A stretch of DNA of 64,000 nucleotides. It comes from Octopus vulgaris (taxonomy: Eukaryota). The notes under the pieces are model-generated. The model worked only from the letters and a program-made list of their open reading frames with translations. It did no database searches and was not told the origin of the DNA. A program made the position numbers and the translations under genes. Below, piece after piece: positions 38,492 through 52,129 of this stretch (the first letter of the stretch is position 1; every line of letters starts with the position of its first letter). Location of the stretch: positions 19,034,001-19,098,000 of the forward strand of contig OX597829.1 of the NCBI GenBank assembly GCA_951406725.2, written 5' to 3'.

Positions 38492-38680
38492 CGACAGGTT
38501 TCTTTCAGCTTCCGTCTACCAAATCCACTCACAAGGCTTTGGTCGGCTCAAGGATATAGCAGAAGACACTTGCCCAAGGTGCCACGCAGTGGGACTGAAC
38601 CCGGAACCATGTGGTTCGTAAGCAAGCTGCTTACATCGTGGCCACTCCTACACCTATCCACACAGCCACTCCTACACACA
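38170..38680 (-). mobile_element. SINE family A, full length; similar minus-strand copies at 41022-41425, 43316-43732, 50878-51332
   Basis: Reverse complement of the family A consensus. Confidence 0.9.
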
Positions 38681-39424
38681 AGCATATACACAAACATGCA
38701 CATACACATGCATAAATGCAAATATGCACACACACGCATATGCACACAAATGCACAGTAACACAAATACAAACACACTCATACTTATATGTGTCTATTCA
38801 TTGCAGGTTCATCACAAGAAATGCATTTATATCAGTGTTGCTGCACATGATGTGTGCATATGTTGTAAAATTATAGATGTTTACTAACCAAGACACAAAT
38901 ATATGCATCTATATGTGTAAAAGAGTGTATGTGCATGTGTGTGTGTGTATGTGTATGTGCATGTATGTGTGTGTGTGTATGTGTATGTGCATGTGTGTGT
39001 GTGTGTGTGCACCTGCCTGCATGCATGCCTGTGTGCATGTGTGTGTGTGAACATGTGTGTGTGTGTGTGAGTGTGTGTGTATGTATGCGTGTGTTTGTGT
39101 GTCTACATGTCATTCAGTTTGGTGGATTCCCCCTTGAGAATCATTCAATATTAACAGAGGAAGGAAACAGGGTTGTGTGTTGACCCCACCCCACTCCACC
39201 CTGTTAACCATCTTTATCACCATCGTGCTGAAAGCACACATTTGGAGCAACTGATGGGGTTTTTTTTAACTTCACACCTACACAGGGTCCAACAGGGAGC
39301 TGTTCATTCCGTCTCAACCAAGGGTATCATCCAAAGTCTGCAAAGGACTCATGAGGGAGGAGATGCTGTTTGTATATGATGTACCACTGGCAAATACATC
39401 CATAGGAGCAACTGCAATACCTTA

Positions 39425-39815
39425 TAGGTACAGGAGTGGTTGTGCAGCAAGTAGCTTGCTTAACAACCACATGGTTCCAGGTTCAGTCCCACTGCGTGGC
39501 GCCTTGGGCAAATGCATTCTACTATAGCGTTGGGCCGACCAAAACTTTGTGAGTGGATTTGGTAGACGGAAACTGAAAGAAGCCCGTCGTATATATGTAT
39601 ATGTATAGATAAGTGTGTCTGTATTTGTACCCCCAAGATCGCTTGACAACCAATGCTGGTGTGTTTACGTCCCCATAACTTAGTGGTTTGGCAAAAGATA
39701 CCGATTAAGTATTAGGCTTACAAAGAATAAGTCCTGAGGTCGATTTGTTCAATTAAGGCAGTGCTTCAGCATGGCCACAGTCAAATGACTGAAACAAGTA
39801 AAAGAGTAAAAGAGT
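39425..39815 (+). mobile_element. SINE family A, full length
   Basis: Head, body and tail present. Confidence 0.9.
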
Positions 39816-39829
39816 GAGAGTCTTGCAAG

Positions 39830-40215
39830 AACCTGTCAAGACTTCAGCAAGACCATCTGTCTGAAGAAAACAAAATACTGGGTGAAGATGTTGAGCAATT
39901 TTCTATTATTATCATCAACAATTGCAAGCTGGATGTAGTCCATGAATTGACACACCTCAGCTCTACCATCACATATAATCTCTCGTAAGAGTCTTTGTCC
40001 AGCAGATATAATGGTAGTACAACCTCTGCAATCGGTTGATTCTGTTTTTTGTAAGGGCACAGAAGACCAATAAGCTAATGTGCCCACCAAAGTTACAGTG
40101 TACAGAGATTATTGTAGTGTTATTATCACTGCTTAGTTCTCCTCCTCTGTAAATTCGCAGAGAATATGTCCACAGCACACTACTTTATGGCAGTGATGCT
40201 TGGAGCATCTACTCC
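39830..40215 (+). pseudogene. Degenerate RTE/BovB-like RT C-terminal fragment
   Basis: Peptide remnants CQDFSKTICLKKTK and INNCKLDVVHE resemble RTE post-catalytic motifs. Confidence 0.5.
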
Positions 40216-40529
40216 AGACAAAAAGTGATACAAAGTGGTATCAAAAAAGTTCTTGGATTTGACAAGAGTTTAAAAAAAGACAAGTGGTGCAGTTGAGATT
40301 TCTTTCTTTCTTTGTTTTTACTTGTTTCAGCCATTTGACTGTGGCCATGCCGGAGCACCACCTTGAAGTGTTTTTCGTCAAACAATTTGACCCCAGGATT
40401 ATTTCCTAAGCCTGGTACTTATTCTATTGGTCCCTTTGCTGAACTGCTAAGTTACAGGGATGTAAACACACCAACACTGGTTGTCAAGCAGGGGCTGGGG
40501 GAGACAAACACAGACAGAAAGATACACAC

Positions 40530-40571
<42 letters not shown>

Positions 40572-40978
40572 CAAATAAGAATTCTGACTGAATCCTCTTT
40601 GTGTCAACATGTGCTTCCTTGCAATAATGTAAACTTTAATCTAATCAAGATATCCTTGCCCTGAAGAGTAGCCAGTGGTATACACCTCACTTGGATTTTA
40701 CCACTTCTGAGGTTCCACTCACTGTAAAACATATGTAGCCTGGATCTTTCCTTCTCCATTCCGTAACCCTTTTGTATTCTCTTTCGCACACTTGGCAACC
40801 CTGATTGCCTACCGTGGAATATTAAAAGAACTTTTTCAGCTTATCATTCTTCAATACAAAAATAATCCACAACCTTCGATCTCAATAAACCACTAATGTG
40901 CCTGAAAGTTGTTCTTTATATCTACTACGGATTGCTTGAAACTAACTTTCTTCCTACACCCCAATCCTTCAAGCTTAC

Positions 40979-41017
<39 letters not shown>

Positions 41018-41231
41018 CTATTTATTATTTTACTTGTTTCAGTTATTTGGCTGCAGCCATGCTGGAGCACCACCTTTAGTCGAGCACATCAACCCCAGGA
41101 GTTATTCTTTGTAAGCCTAGTACTTATTCTATCGGTCTCTTTTGCCGAACAGCTAAGTTACAGGATATAAACACAGTAGCATCGGTTGTCAAGCAATGTT
41201 GGCGGGACAAACACAGACCAACAAACTTATG

Positions 41232-41262
<31 letters not shown>

Positions 41263-41788
41263 GATGGGCTTCTTTCAGTCTCCATCAACCAAATCCACTC
41301 ACAAGGCTTTGGTCAGCTCGCGGCTATAGTAGAAGACACTTGCCCAAGGTGCCATGCAGCAGGACTGAACCTGGAACCATGTGGTTGGTAAGCATGCTAC
41401 TTACCACACAGCCACTCCTGCGCCTATATATATATACATATATACAATAGGCTTCTTTCAGTGTCCATCTACCAAATCCACTAAGAAGGCTTTGGTCAGC
41501 CTGAGGCTAGAGTAGAAGACACTTGCCCAAGGTTCCACGCAGTGGGACTGAACCCAGAATCATGTAGTTGGGAAGCAACCTTCTTACCACACAACTGCAC
41601 CTGAAAAATGAAGGAAAATATAATTGACAGAAATACAACACCTGGATAGGAATTAGTGGGTAGACAACACCCTCAGGTGCAGTCATTGCAGGTGGAAAAA
41701 TCATTCACATGAAGGTCATCTCAATTGTTACAGTAGATCTTGTTCTGCTAACCAGACAGAAGCATGGTCTCACAAGTCTAATGGGTGT

Positions 41789-41838
<50 letters not shown>

Positions 41839-42087
41839 ACTATGTTAGGTCTTCGTGTTATATGTGTCTGCATCTTATTGATGACAGTGTTGTGACTTAT
41901 ATTTGGAGGATCCCATCACTGTCACCTCTGGACTGAGATGACACCTTGGTAACACATTATCTTTTTGTTTGCCCATGTATTTTGTATCATCTGTAATAGG
42001 TAGATAGACAGACAGACAGACAGAGAGATAGAGAGATAGATAGACAAATAGATAGACAGACAGGCAGATCGACAGAGAAATAAGGAT

Positions 42088-42129
<42 letters not shown>

Positions 42130-42657
42130 TATATTCAGCAGAACAAAATAGCATTAAAATTATTTTTGTCAAAGTGGAATTAATGATAATCATTTAAAAC
42201 ACGTAAATGCTGTTCTTGTTGCTTGTTTTATTTTTGTGACAAGATTTTTATATTATTAAGTTGTAAAAATAGAAATAGATTCAAAAGCAATAAATGTTTA
42301 ATGAAAGCTTTTATAATACCTTATAGTACATCATAAACTAAAAACAAATTTAAATACTACAGTAAATAGGTCTTTTGAATGGGTTATGCAAACCCTGAAG
42401 AAACCACTCACCAAACAAGTACAACTTCAAAATGTACAAAGTAAAAGTAATTTATAAATAGAACAGGCCAGACACTTTAGAATTTTTCAAGCAGATGGCT
42501 TAGGAAATTACCCACTCCAAAATAAAACTACCATTATCTCATGGTTCACCTGGGGTGGCAGGTGACTCTGAAAAAGACATGCTCATCCAAAGCTTTTCCC
42601 TCGTTCATTGTTGTACTCATTGCATTAGGTTTGACAGTATAGCTTAAGTGGGTTACA

Positions 42658-43255
42658 TTAATCATTTAGCATTTAAACTGACTGTATCTAATCAAAATAT
42701 TCTACTTCTTTTATGTTCAAACTGGCCAGATCTGGCCTCTCACACCTACCCTTCAAAGTCATTCTAAAAATAAACAATCACATCATTGAAATCTCAAAGC
42801 TATGAGATAAGCCACAACTAATTAAAAAAAAAAAAGAATGTGAATGCTAATTAAGGGCCAAGCAGGCCCTATTTTACCTGTTGTACGTTCATACCAACCA
42901 GATCCGGCCTCTCACACCTTTTCTTACAATGTCATTCTAAATCTAAACAATCACATCATCGAAGTCTCAGAGCTATGAGATAATGCATGGTTAATTCAAA
43001 ATAATGTGAATAAATAATCAATACAGATGACAGAGTAATCCAAATGATAATAGGCTAAGCCTTTAGCATTTACACTAGTTGCATCCAGCCAAAATAATCT
43101 AGATGCATTTCTTCAAATTGGCCAGATCCAGCCTTTCACACTTACCCAACAATATTACTCTTAAAATAAACAATCACATCACTGAAGTCTCAAAGCTACA
43201 ATGTGAATAAATAAGTATTACATTTGGCAGAGTAATCTGAATTCTAAAGGGTCAA
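42658..43255. mobile_element. Three head-to-tail copies of an approximately 200-bp piggyBac-like MITE
   Basis: Repeated GGCCAGATCCGGCCTCTCACAC...AAACAATCACATCA; degenerate TTAA-CCCTTTAGCATT / AATGCTAAAGGG-TTAA ends. Confidence 0.7.
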
Positions 43256-43525
43256 GCAATTAAGATATATCTTTGTGTCATATGTGAACATTGAAATATT
43301 TCTCCGTATTAGGTAACTCTTTTACTCTTTTACATTTTTCAGTCATTTGACTGTGTCCATGCTGGTGCACTGCCTTTAGTCAAGCAAATTGACTCCAGGA
43401 CTTATTCTTTGTAAGCCTAGTACTTATTCTATCGGTCATTTTTGCCGAACCGCTAAGTTACGGGAATATAAAAACACTAGCATTGGTTGTCAAGCGATGT
43501 TGTAGGGACAAACACAGACACACAA

Positions 43526-43573
<48 letters not shown>

Positions 43574-44123
43574 GACAGGCTTCTTTCAGTTCCTGTCTAC
43601 CAAATCTACTCACAAGGCTTTGGTTGGCCCAAGCTACAGTAGAAGACACTTGCCCAAGGTGCCATACAGTGGGACTGAACCGGGAACCATGTGGTTGGTA
43701 AGCAAGCTACATACCACACAGTCACTCCTACACTTAAGGTAAAGTGAGAATAAATAAAAACACACCCAGAAATGTGTGCATGTATTTGTGTCATTACAAA
43801 TTTAGACATGCACAAATATATATAATATCTACAAGGCTTTGGTCAACCCGAGGTTATAGCAGAAAACACTTGCCCAAGGTGCAATGCAGTGGGATTGAAC
43901 CTAGAACTATGTCGTTGGGAAGCAAGCTTCTTATCACAGAACCATGTAGCTTGATGTAGTCTTTGGACACATCAGTTCTTGTGAAACCGTCCAACCACTG
44001 CCAGCATGGAAGATGGATGTTAAATGATGATGATGATGATGTGTATATGTGTTGCATGTGTGTATACTTAAGTAATTATATTATTAAATCTATGCCACAA
44101 GTTCACGGATATTTGAATAGATA

Positions 44124-44989
44124 CAAGGTCAGATCAATAAGTATCTGAACTGTTGCCAAAATAACAAAGCTAAACTACACATAGTAAAGCCACTTGACAC
44201 AGACTGACCTTGAACCCTGCTGTGCATGCACACTAAATTTTAACATTCTAGCTTACTTCTGCTGCGTACAGCAGTGCTTGGAAGGAAGGTGTGTAGTGTG
44301 TGATCATGGCATTGACCATGACAAAGAAAGTTGTCATGGCGATACCTGCTCAGAGGCCTACACAAAGTTGCAGAAAGTGTACGGAGAGGAGTGTATGAGC
44401 CTCACACAAGTGTACAAGTGGTTCAAACGTTTCCGAGATGGCTGGAAAAATGCTGACATTGAAGAATATTCTGGGTGACCTGCAACGAGCAGAACTGAGA
44501 AAAACATCGTAGATGTGTGTGCAGCTGTGAAGGTAAATCGATGAATCACCATCTGTGAGTTATCAGAGGATGAGCAGATTAGTTACGGTTCAGTTCAGTC
44601 CATTATCACTGAAGATTTGGGTATGAGATTCATGTCTACCAAGTTTGTGCCAAAACTGCTTTCAGCTGACCAAAAAAGTATTTGGGTTTCAGTTGCACAA
44701 GATCTTGATTGTGTTGAGAACAATGTAAACTTTTTGAAAACTTTGTGTAAGCCTCTGAGCACATATCACCAAGCTTCTGGCAAAATTTGATGCAGATTCT
44801 CTGCTAAACTATCTCTGTTATGGGTAACACAATAATCACACGCTACACACCTTCCTTCCAAGCACTGCTGTAAAGATCAGAAGAGAGCTAGAACGTTAAA
44901 ACTCAGTGTGCATGCTCAGCAGTGTTTAAGGTCAATCTGTGCTAAGCAGCTTCACTCTGCATGTCTGGATACTTATTGATCAAACTATG
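44124..44989 (+). mobile_element. Non-autonomous mariner derivative with long inverted arms
   Basis: TA flanks, TIR GATCAATAAGTATC / GATACTTATTGATC; transposase HTH remnant LQKVYGEECMSLTQVYKWFKRF. Confidence 0.85.
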
Positions 44990-45149
44990 TATAAGCGAAA
45001 GGAAGTGAATCATTCGCTCTTTCCTTTGTCAGCCTTTAAGGAGCAGCGATACCAACTGTGGAACCAATATGAAGAAAATAGGAAAGAGTAAATTACGAAA
45101 TTACCCTCATGTGTGTCTGCTCAATGTCTTATCTGTCTGCATGTGCTGT

Positions 45150-45824
45150 CTGTTTATGTATGTATGTATGTATGTGTAAGTGTATGTATTAATGTATATA
45201 TGTGCGTGTATGTGTATGTATATATGTATGTATGTAAGTATGTATGTATGTATGTATGTATGTAAGTATGTATGTATGTATGTATGTATGTATGTATGTA
45301 TGTATGTATGTATGTATGTATGTATGTATGTATGTATGTATGTATGTACATACGTACATACGCATGCATGCATGTATGTATGTATGTACGTATATATGTA
45401 TGTATGTGTGTGTATGTGTATGTATGTAGGTGTGAGTATGTGTATATCTGAATGTATATATGTGCATGTACGTGTATGTATATATGTATGTGTGTATGCA
45501 TGCAGTCATGTATGTATGTATGCATGAATGTATGTATGTATGTGTGTATATATGTATGCATGAGTGTATATATGTGTGTGTATGTGTATGTATGTATATA
45601 TGCAGTATGCATATGTATGTATATGTATGTAGGTGTGTGTATGTGCATGTATGTATGTATGTGTGTATGTGCATACGAGTGTATGTATGAGTATATATGT
45701 GTGAATGAATAAATGTATGTACATGTGTATGTGTGTATGTAAGTATGTATACATATAAGTATATTTGTAATGGTTGTACATATATACATATGTGTGTGTA
45801 TGCATGCCTATATGTAATCTATGT

Positions 45825-45867
<43 letters not shown>
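45150..45867. repeat. (TATG)n/(TG)n/(TA)n microsatellite tract
   Basis: Directly visible. Confidence 0.95.
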
Positions 45868-45873
<6 letters not shown>

Positions 45874-46053
45874 TAAATTAGAGATTAAACCACTATTAGG
45901 CAAATCAAATAGTGAAAATCATAAACCAATACATAGAAATAAAATTAATTAATAAAAAACATATAGAATATAAAATTCGAAATTTAAAATATTTAAATTA
46001 AAGTTAAAAATTTTTAAAATTATCGAAATTAATAATTTATACTTATAAATTTT

Positions 46054-46095
<42 letters not shown>

Positions 46096-47314
46096 ATATA
46101 TATTTTTTTAAATTTTATTTATTTATTTATTTATTTATTAAAAAAATTTTTTTTTTTACATATAACTATCAAAAAGTATTAAAAGTTTAATATAAGATAA
46201 AGAGTAAAACCACTACGATCGTTTCATGCCCATTAACCAATTCGAATAACAATAATTTAAATTCAATTAATAATTCGAATTGTGGTCATAGTCAATCTTC
46301 AGGTTAATTATAATATTTAAATAAATGATTATAAATATTTGAACAATATTTTTTAAGAAATAAATAAAATAATATTTTTTCTTATAAAAAACTCTATTAT
46401 CAAACTAGAAAATTAACGATTATTATTATGTCATACAATCGATTATAATGTTAAATATTAATTTTCAATTTTTAAGTATTAATTTTTAAGGTAAGAAACC
46501 CACAAATAATCTAATATCAGTTATAGTCAATATCTAATTACATAAATATTTTACAAAAAAAAAGACTATTCATATTATTAAATATATAATATTTGAATAA
46601 TATATAAATTATCAATGAAAATATATAAATGTATATAAATATTAGAATTAAGATCTAAAATTATCTCTATCAATAAATATATATGCATGTATAATAAAGA
46701 CCTAATAAATTAATTATTCATTATTACTAATAAAAATATTAAAATATTAAAGATGAAATAGCTAATTGCAAAAAAACAAACAAACAATCTTAAACAAACG
46801 CTATAGAAAATTAACTATCTATATATCTCGTTGGCTAACTAATAACTTTCAAAAATCGTATGGTTAAAATAAAATAATATAAAATACTTAATGAAATAAT
46901 CAATTCGTAGTTATATAGAATCAAATAAATACTACAAATATATTTATCAATGGGAAGAATATTAATACCAATTATCGATTTAGAAAGACAATATATAAGT
47001 TATGATAATAATTATAAGAAATATAAAATAGCTATCAACAAATATAGTTATTTAAGACTAAAATTAATGCTATCAATACATGTATATACATGAAACCTAA
47101 CTTTAAACAACTCGTATAACTGTTAACGAACAATAATTAATTAATTTTATTTCTATGTATCGGTTTATGATTTTCACTATTTGATTTGTTATTTAGTTGT
47201 TTTATCTCTAATTTAATATAATATATATATATATTTATACTATAAAATTAGATTTAATCCTAAATCTAATTTTTCCCTGTAAGTTTGGATTTACTCCCTA
47301 ATATTATTATTATC

Positions 47315-47315
<1 letters not shown>
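45868..47315 (-). mobile_element. AT-rich non-coding Penelope-related element with inverted termini
   Basis: 45868-45955 inverted to 47135-47225; internal hammerhead; flanked by (TA)n. Confidence 0.65.
46207..46308 (-). ncRNA. Hammerhead-like motif with long stem II and palindromic stem III
   Basis: CTGAAGA-(hairpin containing CAATTCGAAT/ATTCGAATTG)-GAA-ACGATCGT-A-GTGGTT; stem I weak. Confidence 0.55.
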
Positions 47316-47367
<52 letters not shown>

Positions 47368-47369
<2 letters not shown>

Positions 47370-47534
47370 CTACACTCTCGGAGTGGTTGGCGTTAGGAAG
47401 GGCATCCAGCTGTAGAAACACTGCCACATCTGACTGGCCTGGTGCAGCCTTCGGGCTTCCCAGACCCCAGTTGAACCGTCCAACCCATGCTAGCATGGAA
47501 AGCGGACGTTAAACGATGATGATGATGATGATGA

Positions 47535-47538
<4 letters not shown>
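47368..47538 (+). mobile_element. RTE 3' end
   Basis: TGGTTGGCGTTAGGAAGGGCATCC...(GAT)n inside (TA)n. Confidence 0.88.
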
Positions 47539-47581
<43 letters not shown>

Positions 47582-47650
47582 TATATATATATATATATGC
47601 ATGGATAGAAGAAAATGTGTATATTTACATATACATATATATATACATAC

Positions 47651-47683
<33 letters not shown>

Positions 47684-47740
47684 CATACATATATATATAT
47701 ATACATATATATATATTTATATATATATATATATATATAC

Positions 47741-47742
<2 letters not shown>

Positions 47743-47771
<29 letters not shown>

Positions 47772-48080
47772 TATCGTTTAATGTCCATTTTCCATGCTAG
47801 CATGGGTTGGACAGGTTTCGTCATTGCTTCTGTGAGGCCCAACATTCGAAGGTCATCCTTGACTACCTCATCCCATGTCTTCCTGGGTCTACCTCTACCC
47901 CAGATTCCTTCAACTGTTCGGGAGTGGCACTACTTCACACATCTCTCCTCATCTATCCATAGTACATGACCATACCAATGCAAACGTCTCTCCGGCATGC
48001 AACATCTGATGCTTCTTATGTCCAACATTTCTCTCAATCTGTTGTGCATGCACGCTGACATTACACATCCAGCGGATCAC
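47743..48080 (-). mobile_element. RTE fragment with ORF end fused directly to the tail
   Basis: 47818-48075 is homologous to about 30988-31260 and joined to the terminal 40 nt. Confidence 0.8.
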
Positions 48081-48140
48081 AGGAGAGAACTGCCTTCAAC
48101 AAGGCTTGTTGAAGGCAGTTTCTCTTGTACACTATTTTTG

Positions 48141-48188
<48 letters not shown>

Positions 48189-48467
48189 CGTGTGTGTGTG
48201 TATACATATATATATATATGTGTGTGTGTGTATACATATATATATATGTATGAATATATATATATCTATATGTATATACATATATATGATTCACCATGAT
48301 AGATCGCTACCCACTTCACATTCTTTATTTTCTCTTCTTGTTTCTTTCTGTTTTCATTTCTGTGGAAGAGTGTAGCCTCGAAACATTAAAGACTTTTTAA
48401 CTTCCTGAGCATTATACTAATACATCTGTTTGTTGTCTACACCACCTGTCTTGGTTTTTTTGTTTTT

Positions 48468-48550
<83 letters not shown>

Positions 48551-49404
48551 TGGCTCATAACTAACAATTTTTCTTTTATCTTTCTATGCAAAAATCCGAT
48601 TCTTTCACTTTTAATCTTTCAATTTACCCTTTCCTGTACACCTATTTCCTACTCATCATCAACAATTTTCATACAAAAATGAAAAAAGAAATTAATATTT
48701 TTCATTCAATTTTTTATTTCTTTATTTTTTAAATTCTATTATCAGAAGCATTTTATTGCTTTAATCACATTGAATTTAAACCATTGTTATAATTTGATTT
48801 ATCATAAAATATTATATCTCCATTCTTTTATGTACATGTAAACACACACATACACTTACACAGAATGACATGCATACACCCAAATATGCACACATATATT
48901 ACTTGCATATATTATATATGTGTTTATATATACATATATAATACATGCAAGTTCACCAACATACAACACTTACATATAATATTTAGTCACACACACACAT
49001 ACACACACACATACACACACACACAGACACAGACAGACAGACAGACACACACACACACATACAGGAAGCAAGTAGGAAAAATAGAAATCAGAATATAAGT
49101 TTATATATATTTCTATTAATCACTCAGTTACTTCTACTAAATATTCATATATATATATATATATCATCATCATCATCATCATCATCATCATTTTGCGTCC
49201 GCTTTCCATGCTAGCATAGGTTGGACGGTTCAACTGGGGTCTGTGAAGCCAGAAAGCTGCTTCAGGCCCAGTCTGATCTGGCAGTGTTTCTACGGCTGGA
49301 TGCCCTTCCTAACGCCAACCACTCCGTGAGTGTAGTGGGTGCTTTTTACGTGCCACCCACACAGGTGCCAGACAGAGCTGGCAGACGGCCACGGACGGAT
49401 GCTG

Positions 49405-49519
<115 letters not shown>

Positions 49520-49527
49520 CAACAACA

Positions 49528-49905
49528 ACAAGAGCACTCAGTGAGTGCAAACTTCCAAGACAACACCAACATCCTCTCAACAATTAGCCAGATACGATTC
49601 TTAAAATGAAATTATCTCAAATAACCTCGACTGCTCTCACAAACGAGAATACTAAAAATGAACCCGACTGCTCTCAAAAATTAAGTAAAAGAACAGGAAA
49701 AATAATCCAGAATCCTTGTCCGGTACCAGATCAATCCCAAAATCTAATCAGTTTGTGCCAGTCATGAGGCCAAACATTCCAGAAATTTTCATTTGAATCC
49801 ATCCAGCTGTTCTTGAGATATCTTGTCCATGGACAAACAAAAGAAAAAATAAAACAAATGCGACTGAAAACAAAACCTCAGCCTTTGCTAAGGCAGAGGT
49901 AATAA
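49528..49905. mobile_element. Helentron/DINE-like non-autonomous element
   Basis: AACAAGAGCACTCAGTGAGTGCAAAC start hairpin and GGCAGAGGTAATAA end. Confidence 0.55.
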
Positions 49906-50146
49906 AAATCCTTTCTACCGGAGGCACAAGCCTCAAATTTGGTGGGGAGGGGACTAGTTGATTACATAAACCCCAGTGATTCCATGGTACTTAATCGACC
50001 CAGAAAGGATGAAAAGGCAAAGTGAACCTTGGCAGAACTTGAACTCAGAGCATTGTGACAGGAGAAATATCACTTAGCATTTCTGCAGGGTGCTAACGAT
50101 TTTGCCAGCTCATAATAATGATGACAACGACGATGATAAAAAAAAG

Positions 50147-50310
50147 ACAGCATTGTTGGGTACAGCTCACATTCTAAGGAGAGTATTGTCTCTTTGAGTC
50201 ACAGGAGAAGGCACTAATTGAAAACTTTGGTGATTTGTTGTTGCCTGCTTTCAAGTAAAGAATAACCAGTAATTAAGAACTATTCGAGAGTCTTTCAGAA
50301 TAATAATAAT
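50147..50310 (+). mobile_element. R4/Dong-like LINE extreme 3' end
   Basis: ALLGTAHILRRVLSL* followed by UTR and (AAT)n. Confidence 0.65.
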
Positions 50311-50498
50311 TATAATGATAACAATCATTCTTGGATGGAATTTATAAACATTTAAGGCATCGGTATGTGCGTTTTCATGAATCACATGACTCTTAAGTCC
50401 TGGGATGATTATAATTTAGTCCATAGCATCTTTGGGCATCAGGTAGATCATCTTCATGGATTCATGTCTTCAGGTGATACAACATTAATGGATGTACC

Positions 50499-50735
50499 TA
50501 TTTCTTTATTACCCACAAGGGGCTAAACACAGAGGAGACAAACAAGGACAGACATAGGTATTAAGTCGATTACATCGACCCCAGTGCGTAACTGGTACTT
50601 AATTTATCAACCCCGAAAGGATGAAAGGTAAAGTCGACCTCGGTGGAATTTGAACTCAGAACGTAACGGCAGACGAAATACTGCTTAGCATTTAGGCCGG
50701 CGTGCTAACGTTTCTGCCAGCTCGCTGCCTTTGGT
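50499..50735 (-). mobile_element. MetaSINE-like family B with 17-bp TSD
   Basis: ACATTAATGGATGTACC at 50482-50498 and 50736-50752. Confidence 0.92.
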
Positions 50736-51088
50736 ACATTAATGGATGTACCATAGAGGGATGTTTTTCTTTGGATTCCTTTGCTTTTCTATAATGAGTT
50801 ATTTCATTTCAAAATATGCTTTTCTAAACTCCATGAATGATATTTTTACTCCTATAAATACATATATATATATATATCTTTTACTTGTTTCAGTCATTTG
50901 ACTGTGGCCATGCTGGAGCATCGCCTTTAGTCAAGCAAATCGACCAGAGGACTTATTCTTTGTAAGCCTACTACTTATTCTATCAGTCTCTATTGCCGAA
51001 CTGCTAAGTTACGTGGACATAAACACACTAGCATCGGTTGTCAAGCGATGTTGGGGGGACAAACACAGACACACAAACATATATATAT

Positions 51089-51163
<75 letters not shown>

Positions 51164-51512
51164 TATATATATATATGACGGGCTTCTTTCAGTTTCCGTC
51201 AACCAAATCCACTCACAAGGCTTTGGTTGGCCTGAGGCTATAGTGGAAGACACTTGCCCAAGGTGCCACGCAGTGGGAATGAACCCAGAACCATGTGGTT
51301 GGTAAGCAAGCTACTTACCACACAGCCACTCCATATATGCATATATGGGTACAGGACGTCACAGGCCATAAACAACATGAAATATAAAAACATATGAGTT
51401 GAATACACAAACAACGAGAGAGAGAAATGGAAAACAGAACAAGTAACATAAAGAACGACCCTTCATCAGCTGTCAGCTGTGTATCTACTTTTCCTTTCGA
51501 GCATTGAATATA

Positions 51513-51550
<38 letters not shown>

Positions 51551-51992
51551 AATTGAGATAATTTGAATGTATTTCTCCATTTTCTTATTTTGTGTGTATA
51601 TATATATATTATATTATTTATTATTCATTATATATATATATATATTACAGATATAGGGTGAAATATAATTGATTTAATAAAATCAACAAATTTCACCTAG
51701 TAGTATTTCGGTATGGAAAAAGACCATATTCGGTAAAAACTTATATAATTATAACAATAAGGGTTCCTGCAACAAGTTGCCCGACCACAGTCTGTGGAGA
51801 ATTGTTTTTGTAGAAGAGGGGAAATAGTAGTCCTTTGGCTGCTGTTTCTAAGATTTTTGGTGTGTGGTCGGGCAACTTGTTGCAGGAACCCTTATTGTTA
51901 TAAATATATATATATTGTCTGTAGAAAACATAAATCTGGAGACGAAACAGGCTCTAAGATATAAACCAGTGTATATTTTTATGGGGAAGGTT

Positions 51993-52112
51993 GGTTTATA
52001 GGATTACCCTAGGTTTCCCATCCATAAATGACCAGTTTATAGGATTAGCCTGGGTTTCCAATCCATAAATGACCGGTTTATGGAATTAGCCTGAGGTTCC
52101 CGTCCATAAACA
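51993..52112. repeat. Three 41-bp tandem hairpin units
   Basis: Units start at 51993, 52034 and 52075. Confidence 0.85.
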
Positions 52113-52129
52113 TACTACCCCTCCGATGC

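Noticed and set aside
42550-42567. Possible minus-strand 18-nt micro-exon (TTTTCAG...GTGAAC)
   Set aside because: Such signals arise by chance and the donor is weak; unsupported without transcripts
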